Numbered from the stretch's first letter, positions 19,721 through 29,748 are shown. The stretch is DNA of 64,000 nucleotides from a virus (IMGVR_UViG_3300046817_000863:242-64241); one strand, 5' to 3'. Numbers and translations are program-made. The notes: generated by a model from the letters alone, not told the origin.

Positions 19721-21067
19721 TCAGCGTCGGGACGCTGTGAGCCTTGATCGCTCTTTGATGTTTTCCCAGAGTGCTTCCGGGTTCCCCGACTTGATGGCTT
19801 CCTGCCTTTTCGCATCGAGCGCACCTCTCTGTACCGGAGCACCCGTTGCTGCGGGCTCCCGTCTTGCTGCCTGCTGCCTGGCCCTGGAGTGCACATCGGC
19901 AGAAGCGTTGAGTACTGTTCCTGTGGCAGCGTTGATGATCGACTTACTACTGCGTCTTGCGATCGGCTCGATGAAATTCTTCACCATCTGCGACAGAGCC
20001 TCAGTGGATTTCCCACTGGGATCATTGGCCGCACGCTCACGCGCCAGAACATAAGACTGCTGCCACGCAGTATTACTTTTTATGGCTTCGTCCACTGCCT
20101 CGCTAAGGTCACGCACCATGTGCTTCCACTGTGGCGTAGACTTTAGCGATGCTTCAGCGGGTTTCAGCGCGGCTTCAATTTCCGAAGCGCGCAGCGTTTT
20201 AACCTGCTGGTCGATTTGCTGCATACGAGAGTGCATTACGCGTTGCGCGGCCTGCTCCTGCTCGCCGTAAAATCTCTGTCGTTCCTGTTCGAAGCGTTGC
20301 CTCTCTTCGAGGTACGGATCCCGCTGCTGGAAGTCCCCGGATTCGAGGAAGGTGCCACGCTTGCGAAAATCCAGATTCTGCGCAATCTTGAGCAACGTGT
20401 CGTCACCACGCTGGTGCGCCTGCTCATAGAGGCTCTGAATCAATCTCTGCTCCGCGGTTCGCTGGAACTGCTGCGCAGCCTGAGGTGCGGCATGTGGAAG
20501 CATCTCTATCACCTTAGCCGCAAACGTTTCGCGGGCATGCGGAGGAGCTTCGTTACTCATCCAGTAACTGGTGAAATTGGATATACGCTCAGGGTCGCCG
20601 CTGTCGAAATCGGCGGCCATCTGCTCGAACCGCACAGACGTATCGAAATAATTCTGTATCGATTCCGGGGTCGCATTCGGGACCGCAGTCGTGATGCGAT
20701 CAAGGGTATCCCTCGCCGCCATCAGACCTCTGGCCTTGGACTCGCGGAAGAAATACTGCTTGCCCTTCGGCCCTTCCCTGATGCTGTCAGGCTGGTAGTC
20801 GTCGGGATCTACGTCGTCGGCAACAGGAGCCTTCGCCCCCTCGGGACCATCGGTAACCTCCGGTGTCTCCTCAACAGGAGTATCAGGTTCCGGCTCCGGT
20901 TCGGGGTCGACATCTTCTGCCGGGTTAGAATCACTGCGACCGCTCGTAGCCCTGTCAAGAACCGCACTCCATGCAGCATCTGCACTCGTTGCCGCCCCCG
21001 TGTCTATTGATGGTGAGTCTGTGGGTACACTGCCGCCAGTGTCCGCTGTAAGCGTTGTTTCGTCCAT
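19721..21067 (-). CDS. Scaffolding protein
   Basis: Acidic disordered N-terminus plus coiled coils; between portal and capsid. Confidence 0.7.
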   Translation of the reverse strand: MDETTLTADTGGSVPTDSPSIDTGAATSADAAWSAVLDRATSGRSDSNPAEDVDPEPEPEPDTPVEETPEVTDGPEGAKAPVADDVDPDDYQPDSIREGPKGKQYFFRESKARGLMAARDTLDRITTAVPNATPESIQNYFDTSVRFEQMAADFDSGDPERISNFTSYWMSNEAPPHARETFAAKVIEMLPHAAPQAAQQFQRTAEQRLIQSLYEQAHQRGDDTLLKIAQNLDFRKRGTFLESGDFQQRDPYLEERQRFEQERQRFYGEQEQAAQRVMHSRMQQIDQQVKTLRASEIEAALKPAEASLKSTPQWKHMVRDLSEAVDEAIKSNTAWQQSYVLARERAANDPSGKSTEALSQMVKNFIEPIARRSSKSIINAATGTVLNASADVHSRARQQAARREPAATGAPVQRGALDAKRQEAIKSGNPEALWENIKERSRLTASRR

Positions 21068-21193
21068 TCACTTTTCCTAATTGTTCTAGGGTTTTACTGC
21101 TGAAATTGGGTTTCCGGCCGACGCAGACCCAATGCGCCTCATGGCCGGAAATAATCGCACGACGGTAATAAATCGCCTTCGCGGGGTCAAAAC

Positions 21194-23536
21194 TTATTGC
21201 GGTGGTGGTGGAGCCCCTTGCTGCGGTCCTGGTGGAGGCGGGGGAGGAGGCCCGCCGTTACCTTGCGGTGGACCGTCCGGAGGAGGTTCCCCGGGCGCGC
21301 CAGGCGGCGGAGCCTGCATCTGCATCCCCATCTGCTTCATGTCCTGAAGGTACAGGTAAACATGCTGCCATCCCTGCGGGTTCTGCTCCTGCTCCTTCAT
21401 GCCTGCATCGATCAGCCACTGACGGATAATCTCGCCGTCGGTCTGCGGATCGTCGAGCAGCGGATCGGGCTGGATAGCGGAGTGCTGCTGCCCGTCGGGC
21501 CCGGTATTCGGCGGCTGCTGGAGCAATTGCCGGATGATCTTCATCTGCCGGTTGCGCTGGTTCTCTCCGGGGATCTCAAGATCGTTCATGCCGGGGATAA
21601 TGTAATCGCGCATTGCGGCCGAATTGGTTGCAGAATCGAGGCCGAGGCTGGTAGCCATCTGCGGATTCTGCCCGATGACCAACTCGAGCCGTGACTGCCT
21701 CTCAGCCCACGACATCGGCATCCCTGGCTCACTCTTGAAGTACCAGTTCCCGCCGCGCAACACATCGAAATCGAGTGTTTCGCCGGCACGCTGCATCGGT
21801 TCAGTAGCGTACTTCTCCCATAGCCTCAGCGCCTTTTCTTTCGTGTCGACCCACGCTGCAGCCGCAAACTCTCCATGAACCGATAACTGCATGAGCGATT
21901 GCTTCAGGTCGGCATCGGCCTGTTGCGCAGTCTTGTTCCCGCTCTGGCCGCCCCATGCAGGCGGTAACAGGCCGGTATGGTGCTGGATGATCATGTCGAA
22001 GTTATCCAGCAGAGGCATGGCGCCGGTCGGGAAATCGGCACTGCGGATCGACGCGATCCCATCCGAAATATTCCGCCCTGCGCCGGCTTTCGACCAGACA
22101 ACTTCAAGCTGGCGGTTCTCCGACCGCATCTGCTCCGGATCAATAATGTCAGGGTCCATCGCATGCGCAGGCATCCCGCGTTCAAGCGTGGCAACCATCA
22201 GGTTGTACGTATCGTTAATGATGTCCTGTATCTCCAGAATCCCCCAGCACATCGGGTCGCGATACAGATACTCTCCAGGCTCCGGAGTGAACGGGGTTGG
22301 CCAGTGTTCAGCCTTCGATTCATTCTCGATCGCTATCGTCAATCCGCTGACCTGAGAAACCTTCATCCCGTCAGGGAATTGTTGTTTCAGGATGTCTCTG
22401 GTTGCCTTTTTCGAGATGTGCTCGTAATAGGCTGGCGGAATCCAGTAACGCGAGAAAGTCCAGCTCGTTTTCTTGACCTTCGCGCGCACCCCGCGGAGAC
22501 TTGCAGCAACGTCACGGGCGAGCGTTGAACTTTGGTGAAGCGGACCTGTCCCCTCTGCTGTTTTCAGCTCCCCATCGTCGTTCATGTGCTTGCGGAGCTT
22601 GTCGCCGTAATACTCGAGTAAGCGACCCTTCGGGCACTCGAACTCATATATCACCGGGACATCGTCCCAGTCCTGATAGGTCGCGTCGAACGGGGCGGTA
22701 ACCGTAAACCCGGAGCAGAGCGTCAGCTTCGGGCCGGAATGCGGGTAGGTGACGTTACCGGTATACTCAGGCACCTCGGCTGTTTCAGCTTCCTGAAAGT
22801 GGGTGTCTGAAACCTCAGCACCGCACTGGGGGCATTGCGCGACTTCCTGAGTTCCCCCCATATCGTCGCCGGGAACCTGTGTGATCGCCGGCTGCTCGAA
22901 CTTCGCCCCACACTGGGGGCAGGTATATCCTGCGGGGGATACCCGCACAGTCTTCGGGTCGTACTGGGGCTTGTCGAATGTTCCGAATGTCTTCGCGTCG
23001 GCAGTATAGGACAGGTACGGATACACATTCCCGCACTCCCACTGCCTCGAAAAAACCTCGATGTTGCGGACGTGCGTGCACCAGATCTCGTCCAGCAGTT
23101 CGGCTCCGATATCGGCCATGCGCGCGGCGTGCCGGTCAGCTTCACTCCCGGGATCCTTGGCCGTTCCCTTCACATAATAGAAGGGCCTCGTCCCCAGAAC
23201 GGCCGTGTATTTGCGGCCGTACGCATGGGTTTTGTCGATGTTGTAGTCGTATACCCCGCTGGACTCCTTCTCCTTCTCGGAGGCGGTACCGAGGCTAACC
23301 CCGGACCATGTCACCAGCCCGGTTGAGCCCTGCAAGCTGGGGGCGATGTATGTCTGCCCCTTGTTGTACGAATTCGACTTCCCTAAACGAAAAAGCTGCC
23401 GCTGCTTTTCCGGCAACAACTCTGCGTCGATATCGTCTCGCAGAAAATCGGCGACGTCGGTTTTGACGAGCGCAAAAACCTGCTCTTCAGAAACCTGTTG
23501 CGAATCGGCCGGGGGTGCCTGTGAGTTCGGGTTCAT
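21194..23536 (-). CDS. Portal protein with zinc-ribbon insertion
   Basis: 780 aa; Pro/Gln tail; QQADADLKQSLMQL barrel-type region; CPQC x2. Confidence 0.75.
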   Translation of the reverse strand: MNPNSQAPPADSQQVSEEQVFALVKTDVADFLRDDIDAELLPEKQRQLFRLGKSNSYNKGQTYIAPSLQGSTGLVTWSGVSLGTASEKEKESSGVYDYNIDKTHAYGRKYTAVLGTRPFYYVKGTAKDPGSEADRHAARMADIGAELLDEIWCTHVRNIEVFSRQWECGNVYPYLSYTADAKTFGTFDKPQYDPKTVRVSPAGYTCPQCGAKFEQPAITQVPGDDMGGTQEVAQCPQCGAEVSDTHFQEAETAEVPEYTGNVTYPHSGPKLTLCSGFTVTAPFDATYQDWDDVPVIYEFECPKGRLLEYYGDKLRKHMNDDGELKTAEGTGPLHQSSTLARDVAASLRGVRAKVKKTSWTFSRYWIPPAYYEHISKKATRDILKQQFPDGMKVSQVSGLTIAIENESKAEHWPTPFTPEPGEYLYRDPMCWGILEIQDIINDTYNLMVATLERGMPAHAMDPDIIDPEQMRSENRQLEVVWSKAGAGRNISDGIASIRSADFPTGAMPLLDNFDMIIQHHTGLLPPAWGGQSGNKTAQQADADLKQSLMQLSVHGEFAAAAWVDTKEKALRLWEKYATEPMQRAGETLDFDVLRGGNWYFKSEPGMPMSWAERQSRLELVIGQNPQMATSLGLDSATNSAAMRDYIIPGMNDLEIPGENQRNRQMKIIRQLLQQPPNTGPDGQQHSAIQPDPLLDDPQTDGEIIRQWLIDAGMKEQEQNPQGWQHVYLYLQDMKQMGMQMQAPPPGAPGEPPPDGPPQGNGGPPPPPPPGPQQGAPPPPQ

Positions 23537-23922
23537 TCAGCCTGTTTCGTTGTCCCAGCTTCTGCTTGCTCTCGATACAACTCGGCCATCTGTGCCTCGA
23601 AATTACGCTCTTGCTCTCGCACTACATCCCGTCCGAGCCTTCGGGCAGGAACAGCCGGCGGTGTCGGCTGAGGCGGGGGAACGGGTGCTTCGGCTTGCGA
23701 GAACACGTATCTCCGATCGCAGCGAATCGAATAGGCGTCGACCATACGCTTCAGATCCTCCACCCTTTCGGCCGCATGTTTTGAAATGGCCTCACGCGAA
23801 CTCGCCGCATCGTCGGAAGTCTCCAGCTGCGTCACCAGAGATTCATTCTCGGAGCGCAGCCGAATCACCTCTAGCTCCAGTTCAATGAACGTGTGAAACA
23901 GCCGCAGGAATCGGAGTATCAC
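23533..23922 (-). CDS. Coiled-coil hypothetical protein
   Basis: Overlapping starts/stops with both neighbours. Confidence 0.6.
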   Translation of the reverse strand: MILRFLRLFHTFIELELEVIRLRSENESLVTQLETSDDAASSREAISKHAAERVEDLKRMVDAYSIRCDRRYVFSQAEAPVPPPQPTPPAVPARRLGRDVVREQERNFEAQMAELYREQAEAGTTKQAE

Positions 23923-24245
23923 GCTGGCTGCATCTCCTCTGTTCCCCCGCCGCCGCCATTGTCCGCAAACGCCTCGCAGGAATCCTTATCGCCTATGGGC
24001 ATATCGAGTACAGTGCAGTGTCCGTTCTCGTTGTTCGAGCAGTTCGAACAAACCTGATCCGCGGTCCTGTAGCACACCATATAAGGCTGGATCTTCGAGC
24101 TCGATTCCTTCGCCTCTACTTCCGGTGCCTCCGGAGCCTCGGCCTGCTCTCCGGGGTCTGGCTCCGCGGTGACAACTACGGCGGATTTACCGGGACTTCC
24201 AAGCGCCGGCGGTTTCCTGCCGAACTGAAATTTAGAGGTTGCCAT
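23919..24245 (-). CDS. Small protein with HiPIP-like Cys pattern
   Basis: Y-x6-CSNC-x7-C-x12-C-EAF. Confidence 0.55.
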   Translation of the reverse strand: MATSKFQFGRKPPALGSPGKSAVVVTAEPDPGEQAEAPEAPEVEAKESSSKIQPYMVCYRTADQVCSNCSNNENGHCTVLDMPIGDKDSCEAFADNGGGGGTEEMQPA

Positions 24246-24544
24246 TATTTTTTATCCTCCGCTTTCGTGCGGCACACCAGTTCATTCGAGGCGTTGGCTG
24301 CTATTTCACCGCCGCATGCCGCCTGCTGGTTCTTGATTTCAGCCAGATTATCGTCGCGATACTTGATAATTTCTTCCTGCAAGTGCAGTATCTGCTTCTC
24401 ACGCGCAGCAATCTCCAGCGACCGCTTCACCAGCCGGTAGCGAACGTCCAGCGGTAGCAGAGATTCGGTCGACTTTGCTGCCGAATCGGTCGCCGGCACC
24501 GCAGCGACAGCAAACAAAATACTCAGAGCTAAAACTTTTTGCAT
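24245..24544 (-). CDS. Secreted small coiled-coil protein
   Basis: MQKVLALSILFAVAAVPA signal peptide; one Cys pair. Confidence 0.6.
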   Translation of the reverse strand: MQKVLALSILFAVAAVPATDSAAKSTESLLPLDVRYRLVKRSLEIAAREKQILHLQEEIIKYRDDNLAEIKNQQAACGGEIAANASNELVCRTKAEDKK

Positions 24545-24546
24545 TA

Positions 24547-26070
24547 CTAATTACAGATCCATGCCGCATTGAGACGTTTCGCAAACGAGCCAGTACCCCC
24601 AGCGGTACACGACGATGCAATGCTGCAGTTCGAGCAGTACAGTATCGACCCGTCCGGCGAAGGCGTAGCGGCCAGTTGCGCCGCCGTTCTCGATAGCAGC
24701 GTCAGCCCGAATATGGAGAATTTGCCCACATCCGTCACTGCGTCGTCAACCCTTGCCTGCACGCTCACATACCCGTTTGCGAAGGAACTGGGGGTCACTG
24801 CGTCCGACACGATCCCGCCCACCTGTTTCGGGATGGTAGCCCCGCGCGCGAAGTGAATCTGCGACGTGTACCCGATAGCGCCTGACGGGTATGCATTCCA
24901 GTACAAGCTGACATTATCGGTGCTCTGACCGCTGATCAGTTCCAGCATATTGTCGAATTTGCCCATCTGCTCAGCGATGCGCACCCCGAATTCGTGCTCC
25001 CCGCCACCGCTGCGGAAGTAGCCGGCCCCACCCGGGTTTACGCCTCCGGATGGGAACGTCACTGAAGCATTCAGCGCCCAGGCCGTCCAGGAAGTGCCAA
25101 CGGAAACCGTCCCTATATTGGCGTTCAACCCGATAATCAGCCCCGGGGTGTCGACCAGTTGATCGGCCTCTGCATTGACCCCCGCGCAAGGCCCCCCGGT
25201 TGAGGAATTACAGGTCCCATGCACCCCAAAAGCTATCCCTGTCGCCGTGCCGGTCTTGGTCGTATACGCAACCACGGCGCCAACTCCCGAGTTGCCGGTG
25301 AGCTTGTCCAGATTCAACTGCGATGTGATCGTCCACGGGACTCCTGTCACTCCATGAAAGTCCTGCTGTACCGCAATCACCGACTGGGTACTCGAGTTGC
25401 CGATATCCTCCGAATTGCACCTGCCGAACACGATTCCGGCATCATAAGGCAACCAGTTAACGGGGCATGTTCCCTGTGGCATGAACGCGACGACATTCGC
25501 CATATCCTGAGAGGTGTACTTCTCGGAGCTGACCCCGTACGGCTTCTTTTTCAGCAGCATTTTCCCGCCGGCGATCGTCACCCCCGCCGTCTTCTCGATC
25601 AGCACAGCGACCTTACCGCATACCGATACATCGGCCCTCAGCGTGATATTGCTGCGTACCACCGCCTCGCCCCCGGTCGACGGCAGAGCGCACACCGCTT
25701 CCTGCAGCCCTTCCGACGCGCTGGATATCGTCCACGCCCCCGTATGATTGTTTGCGGGCGTGAATGCGACCGTTCCCGTCGATGCTCCCGTCGTGCAACT
25801 CCCGCCAGTTATCAGCACCGTCTCAGCCGTTCCGGTACCGCCGCTGATGTACATGTAGTAAGCGATGTTGCTCCCATTGACACCCTTCGGGCAGGGTTTC
25901 AGCGTCACGTTGTCGGGCGAACCCGCCGTCAGCGTCCCGCCTGGCTGCTGCGGGGGGAACGTATAGTCCTTCGCCTCAAGTAGCGGCTTGTTCTTAATCT
26001 GCGACCAGTCGACACCCTGTGCGCACACTACGGCCGCCGCGGCCAGAGCCGCCAAAAAGAGTTTTTTCAT
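24547..26070 (-). CDS. Secreted fibre/tailspike-like beta protein
   Basis: MKKLFLAALAAAAVVCAQ; WSQIKNKP fibre motif; C-terminal YCSNC...GGTGSFAKRLNAAWICN. Confidence 0.6.
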   Translation of the reverse strand: MKKLFLAALAAAAVVCAQGVDWSQIKNKPLLEAKDYTFPPQQPGGTLTAGSPDNVTLKPCPKGVNGSNIAYYMYISGGTGTAETVLITGGSCTTGASTGTVAFTPANNHTGAWTISSASEGLQEAVCALPSTGGEAVVRSNITLRADVSVCGKVAVLIEKTAGVTIAGGKMLLKKKPYGVSSEKYTSQDMANVVAFMPQGTCPVNWLPYDAGIVFGRCNSEDIGNSSTQSVIAVQQDFHGVTGVPWTITSQLNLDKLTGNSGVGAVVAYTTKTGTATGIAFGVHGTCNSSTGGPCAGVNAEADQLVDTPGLIIGLNANIGTVSVGTSWTAWALNASVTFPSGGVNPGGAGYFRSGGGEHEFGVRIAEQMGKFDNMLELISGQSTDNVSLYWNAYPSGAIGYTSQIHFARGATIPKQVGGIVSDAVTPSSFANGYVSVQARVDDAVTDVGKFSIFGLTLLSRTAAQLAATPSPDGSILYCSNCSIASSCTAGGTGSFAKRLNAAWICN

Positions 26071-26081
26071 GGGAAGGGCCT

Positions 26082-26402
26082 TTAGTAGATAGCGCGAATA
26101 TGAGCGCCGGCTTCAGGCGCCACAACTATGCCGATTTCATCGAGAAAAGAAATCGCCGGCCCAGCGAGATGAACGAATCCCTCCGGAGTCCAGTAAGCTA
26201 CCCCATTCCAGAACACAACCTTGGGGGGCAGATCGAAGGTGAACACCGTGCGTACACCGTCGGCCGTTTCGTGCGCAACGGCGAAAAAAGTAGTGGACGG
26301 CGCGTCCATGATCCACGACAGATCGACGCTGGGTGAAAAGACGCCTGCCGCCACGTAGAACGGCTTCCGCCACATCGCCAGAAGATTGGCCATCTGTCCC
26401 AT
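26082..26402 (-). CDS. Small virion-type beta protein
   Basis: ADGVRTVFTF...P..G..IRAIY pattern; follows TerL. Confidence 0.55.
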   Translation of the reverse strand: MGQMANLLAMWRKPFYVAAGVFSPSVDLSWIMDAPSTTFFAVAHETADGVRTVFTFDLPPKVVFWNGVAYWTPEGFVHLAGPAISFLDEIGIVVAPEAGAHIRAIY

Positions 26403-26404
26403 GA

Positions 26405-28384
26405 TTAGTTCATCCTCTCATCTCGGGATCGCCTGCCTGTAGGCCCTGCCATGCGCGGGATAAAGAAGCCCTTGCCGACCTTCTTTTGCGCATCGAACTT
26501 ATGCTCATGGAAGCGCGCCGCCATCACCAGCCCATCAGTCTCCACCCCGCGAGAAGCCAGAATCTGCAGCTTGCTCGCTATGTAAACATCGCGAGGGATA
26601 ACCGCTTCCCTGAACTTGAAACTGCTGATCAGGTACTGCAGCGAGTCGCACTCGTCGTCCCCCAGCTGACTCATGATCTTGTCAGGGTTATTCGGGTCGC
26701 GCTGAGAATTCTTGATGCTCTCGATAAGCCGCTCGCAGCACGCCCAGATCCGCAGCTGCGGTAACACTTCAGCCCTCGCGCCCTCGAACGAATCGATGTA
26801 CTGCTTGTACGCCAGCGCTCCCTGCTCGAGATGAATCCGCTTCGCCAGCGCCTCATCCACCTCCAGCAACGCCTTAGCCAAAGGCCACCACCGCAGCAAC
26901 TCTCTCATCAACAATGCCGATGCTTCAGTATTCTTCGGTGCGCGCACGATCGTTATGTTGGTCGACGCCATCACCTGCTGCCGGCGTCTCTCCATCGCGG
27001 CCCACTTCTCCGCATCCGGCAACCGCTCTTCGTCTGCATTAGGCGCATAAACGAACGCCGCATGCTTCCCCAGCACCTTCCCGATCCCCTGGGCTATCAA
27101 TTCCGCCTTCGTGGGCGCCAAATCGTCCCGCGAGAACGCATCGTGTGAGATAGCCAGAGCCAGGTGAGCATCCGGCATCGTCTCCAGATCCGGGATACTC
27201 TTCAGCGCCACCTCATACCCGAGCTCCACCATCCCGACACGCGAAACGGAGTACTCCCGGTACACATGAAGCTGCCTTTTAGGATCCCAGCATCCCCAGT
27301 GAAACGCAGACCTGTGATCGTAGCCGATATCGCCAGAAATACTGCGCGCCCACCAGTTCTCGAGTTCCGCCTTCCCCTCAGCGACGACGTGATTCGCTTC
27401 CTTCGGCTCCATTTTCCCGTTACGAGCCATTTTCGGCCCATCCGGTCGAAATTCCGGGAAAAATGCCCCTTCGACTACGTCAAAATCGCCTTCCAGCCAC
27501 CTTTCGCGCTCCCCAGGCGGGAGTGCTTCGAGGTCAGCCACATACGCAGGATCGTTCGCAAGCAGGTAAGGGTTGTCGTAAATGGTCGAAGGGATGTAAA
27601 TCCGGCTCAGCTTCGGCCCCAGCCCCTCCCACTTCTCCCGTTTCTTCAGCGGGCGGCCGTCGGCATGATTGATATTGATGTATCGAGCCTTGAACCACCT
27701 CAACCCCGGCCCATCGGGGTTCGCCGTGAGCATCAGTTGCGGCCGAAGCTTCTTATTCTTCGAGCGCAGCGACAGCAGGAACCGAATGAGCAGCTTTTCG
27801 GAGGGGATTTGCGTCGCCTCCTCGATGATCATCCTGTGCTTTTCTTTGCCCTGATGCTTCCTGTAGCTCTTCTCGTCCTGCAGATGCCCGCAGACGCCCC
27901 ACGCACCCGAAGGGAACACGATCGACCAGTCGGAGCTGTTTAACTGAGCTCCCAGAGGCTCGAAGATGTCGCGTGCGCGCCCAAACCAGTCGTCCAGATC
28001 GATAGCAGTCTGCCTGACAACGAGAAACTTGTAATCCGGCGCATTGATGTACGAAACATCGACAGGATCGGTCGGATTTTCGACATCCGGGTTCCCTTTG
28101 AGGATGAACCCATACTCAATCTCGGTCTTTCCCGACCCTCTGCCGCCTCCGAGCGCAATCTCACGCGCATCGGTGACCATCGCTATAATCTGCGGTCCAG
28201 GGGGGCACCCGCACCGGCTCCCCTTGCCCAGAAAGTGATGATATTCGCGCTCCTTAGTTACCGGGTCAGTATCGTACCCGCCGCACCAGATCGGGGCCCA
28301 GTGCACCTGATCCGGGCGCAAGCCCGCAGAAAGTCCTACGACCCCGGTTTGCGCCGGCGCGTTTCTCGTTCTTGCACTCGCCAT
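26405..28384 (-). CDS. terL: Terminase large subunit
   Basis: Walker A GGGRGSGKT, Walker B MIIEEATQ, LTANPDG, IYDNPYL, nuclease GDIGY..., DDECDSLQY. Confidence 0.95.
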   Translation of the reverse strand: MASARTRNAPAQTGVVGLSAGLRPDQVHWAPIWCGGYDTDPVTKEREYHHFLGKGSRCGCPPGPQIIAMVTDAREIALGGGRGSGKTEIEYGFILKGNPDVENPTDPVDVSYINAPDYKFLVVRQTAIDLDDWFGRARDIFEPLGAQLNSSDWSIVFPSGAWGVCGHLQDEKSYRKHQGKEKHRMIIEEATQIPSEKLLIRFLLSLRSKNKKLRPQLMLTANPDGPGLRWFKARYININHADGRPLKKREKWEGLGPKLSRIYIPSTIYDNPYLLANDPAYVADLEALPPGERERWLEGDFDVVEGAFFPEFRPDGPKMARNGKMEPKEANHVVAEGKAELENWWARSISGDIGYDHRSAFHWGCWDPKRQLHVYREYSVSRVGMVELGYEVALKSIPDLETMPDAHLALAISHDAFSRDDLAPTKAELIAQGIGKVLGKHAAFVYAPNADEERLPDAEKWAAMERRRQQVMASTNITIVRAPKNTEASALLMRELLRWWPLAKALLEVDEALAKRIHLEQGALAYKQYIDSFEGARAEVLPQLRIWACCERLIESIKNSQRDPNNPDKIMSQLGDDECDSLQYLISSFKFREAVIPRDVYIASKLQILASRGVETDGLVMAARFHEHKFDAQKKVGKGFFIPRMAGPTGRRSRDERMN

Positions 28385-28393
28385 TTAGGGGGA

Positions 28394-28612
28394 TTACTTC
28401 GACTTGCGACCACCGCCGATCGGGAGAACGCGAGTGATTGCGTCCCGCCCGACAGCATCTACGACCCAGCAACACTTTTTCACCCAGTCAGCCATCCCGA
28501 GATTTTCGAAAGCCTGCATCCAGGCGAAAACTTCCACCAAATTGATGCGATCGTACCTCTTAGCGAAAGCCAGGAGAACCGCTCGCTCCGTCCATTCGCA
28601 CTCAGGCAGCAT
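28394..28612 (-). CDS. Hypothetical protein
   Basis: Co-oriented small ORF. Confidence 0.45.
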   Translation of the reverse strand: MLPECEWTERAVLLAFAKRYDRINLVEVFAWMQAFENLGMADWVKKCCWVVDAVGRDAITRVLPIGGGRKSK

Positions 28613-28624
28613 CCAAACTACGCT

Positions 28625-28912
28625 TTACTTCCCTGTAAGATGCGCGTATCTCAGAGCTTCCGCTTCGTCATGCCGCTTGTTCACTTCGAGCGCCCGAATC
28701 GCCGCACGAACTACTTCCTCCTCGATATCGTCCCCATTCACCCACGCGATTACCTTGACCGCAGTCCCATCCGACCGCTTCGCGTGCGACAGCGTAACCT
28801 TATTACCCCCATTCGGATGCTCCACTTTCGGAGCCTCCTTTGAAGCACCACCATCGTCTGCCGGCCGATTGAACATCCGGCCCATAACGCCACCTTTACC
28901 CGTGTCTTCCAT
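28625..28912 (-). CDS. Hypothetical protein
   Basis: AGGAGG SD. Confidence 0.6.
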   Translation of the reverse strand: MEDTGKGGVMGRMFNRPADDGGASKEAPKVEHPNGGNKVTLSHAKRSDGTAVKVIAWVNGDDIEEEVVRAAIRALEVNKRHDEAEALRYAHLTGK

Positions 28913-28942
28913 AACCCCTCCTATCCTTATATACAGGGACTG

Positions 28943-29167
28943 CTACTCAGAGAACTCAAAAGGTAACCGAAAAGACTCTTTATCGGGTACCCCCGTCGCC
29001 ATCCCTATGACGCCGTTTACCTCGCGAAACCGAGCCGCGCGATACTCCTCGTACCGCTTGTTAGACTCCGTTGCCGACCCATTCCGTACCCGAATCACCA
29101 GTTCCTCGTCGCTCGACAGCAACGCTCCAACCACCACCGAGTGCGCCAATCTCAGAAACAGCATCAC
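28943..29167 (-). CDS. Hypothetical protein
   Basis: Coupled to the upstream ORF. Confidence 0.5.
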   Translation of the reverse strand: MMLFLRLAHSVVVGALLSSDEELVIRVRNGSATESNKRYEEYRAARFREVNGVIGMATGVPDKESFRLPFEFSE

Positions 29168-29334
29168 TCCCCGTACTTCCTGCGAGCCTTCGGCGCCGCC
29201 GGCAGCTTCGCTTCCCCGTACTTCCGCTTCTCAGCCAGCGCAATCGCGATGCTTTGCTTCAACGGTCGTTTGCCGTAAAGCTCCCGAATATTCTCCGATA
29301 CCACCTCGTTCGAAGTCCCAGGCTTTAAAGGCAC
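29164..29334 (-). CDS. Small basic phage protein (MPLKxG..S.NIRE..KQxIAIAL type); below track cutoff
   Basis: GTG start after GAGG; MPLKPGTSNEVVSENIRELYGKRPLKQSIAIALAEKRK. Confidence 0.7.
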   Translation of the reverse strand: MPLKPGTSNEVVSENIRELYGKRPLKQSIAIALAEKRKYGEAKLPAAPKARRKYGE

Positions 29335-29338
29335 AACG

Positions 29339-29476
29339 TCACCTCACCAGCATTGCCGTCGCCAGCAGTGCCAGCCCTAACCCTTCGAAATTCACCCGCG
29401 ACTGAACGCCTACAGCCGCCAGCACAAAGCACACAATCGCCAGCACCAGACACACAGTAGAAAAAGTAATCGTCAT
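29339..29476 (-). CDS. 45-aa two-TM membrane protein; below track cutoff
   Basis: MTITFSTVCLVLAIVCFVLAAVGVQSRVNFEGLGLALLATAMLVR; GGAGG SD. Confidence 0.6.
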   Translation of the reverse strand: MTITFSTVCLVLAIVCFVLAAVGVQSRVNFEGLGLALLATAMLVR

Positions 29477-29739
29477 ACTCCCCTCCCTTTCCTTGCGTCC
29501 TCCACCAGTTTCCTCCATCCCTCAGGTCCAGCCGGCCATGCCAGCCAGTGACTCACCATCCGCCATACAAGAGGGTCACCGCCTTCATCCAGTTTCAACT
29601 GCTTATATCCATATCTCGAGTCGAAACTTCCCGACAGCGACCCATACCGCGCAGGCACGAAAGCGATAATCCTCTGCTTGTGCTCCGGTTCGCCATCCTC
29701 CACCTTCACCCACCCACAACCGGCAGTCTTCAAAGACAT
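29473..29739 (-). CDS. DUF551-like protein
   Basis: WVKVEDGEP...VSHWLAWPAGP. Confidence 0.6.
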   Translation of the reverse strand: MSLKTAGCGWVKVEDGEPEHKQRIIAFVPARYGSLSGSFDSRYGYKQLKLDEGGDPLVWRMVSHWLAWPAGPEGWRKLVEDARKGRGV

Positions 29740-29748
29740 AGTGGCTCG

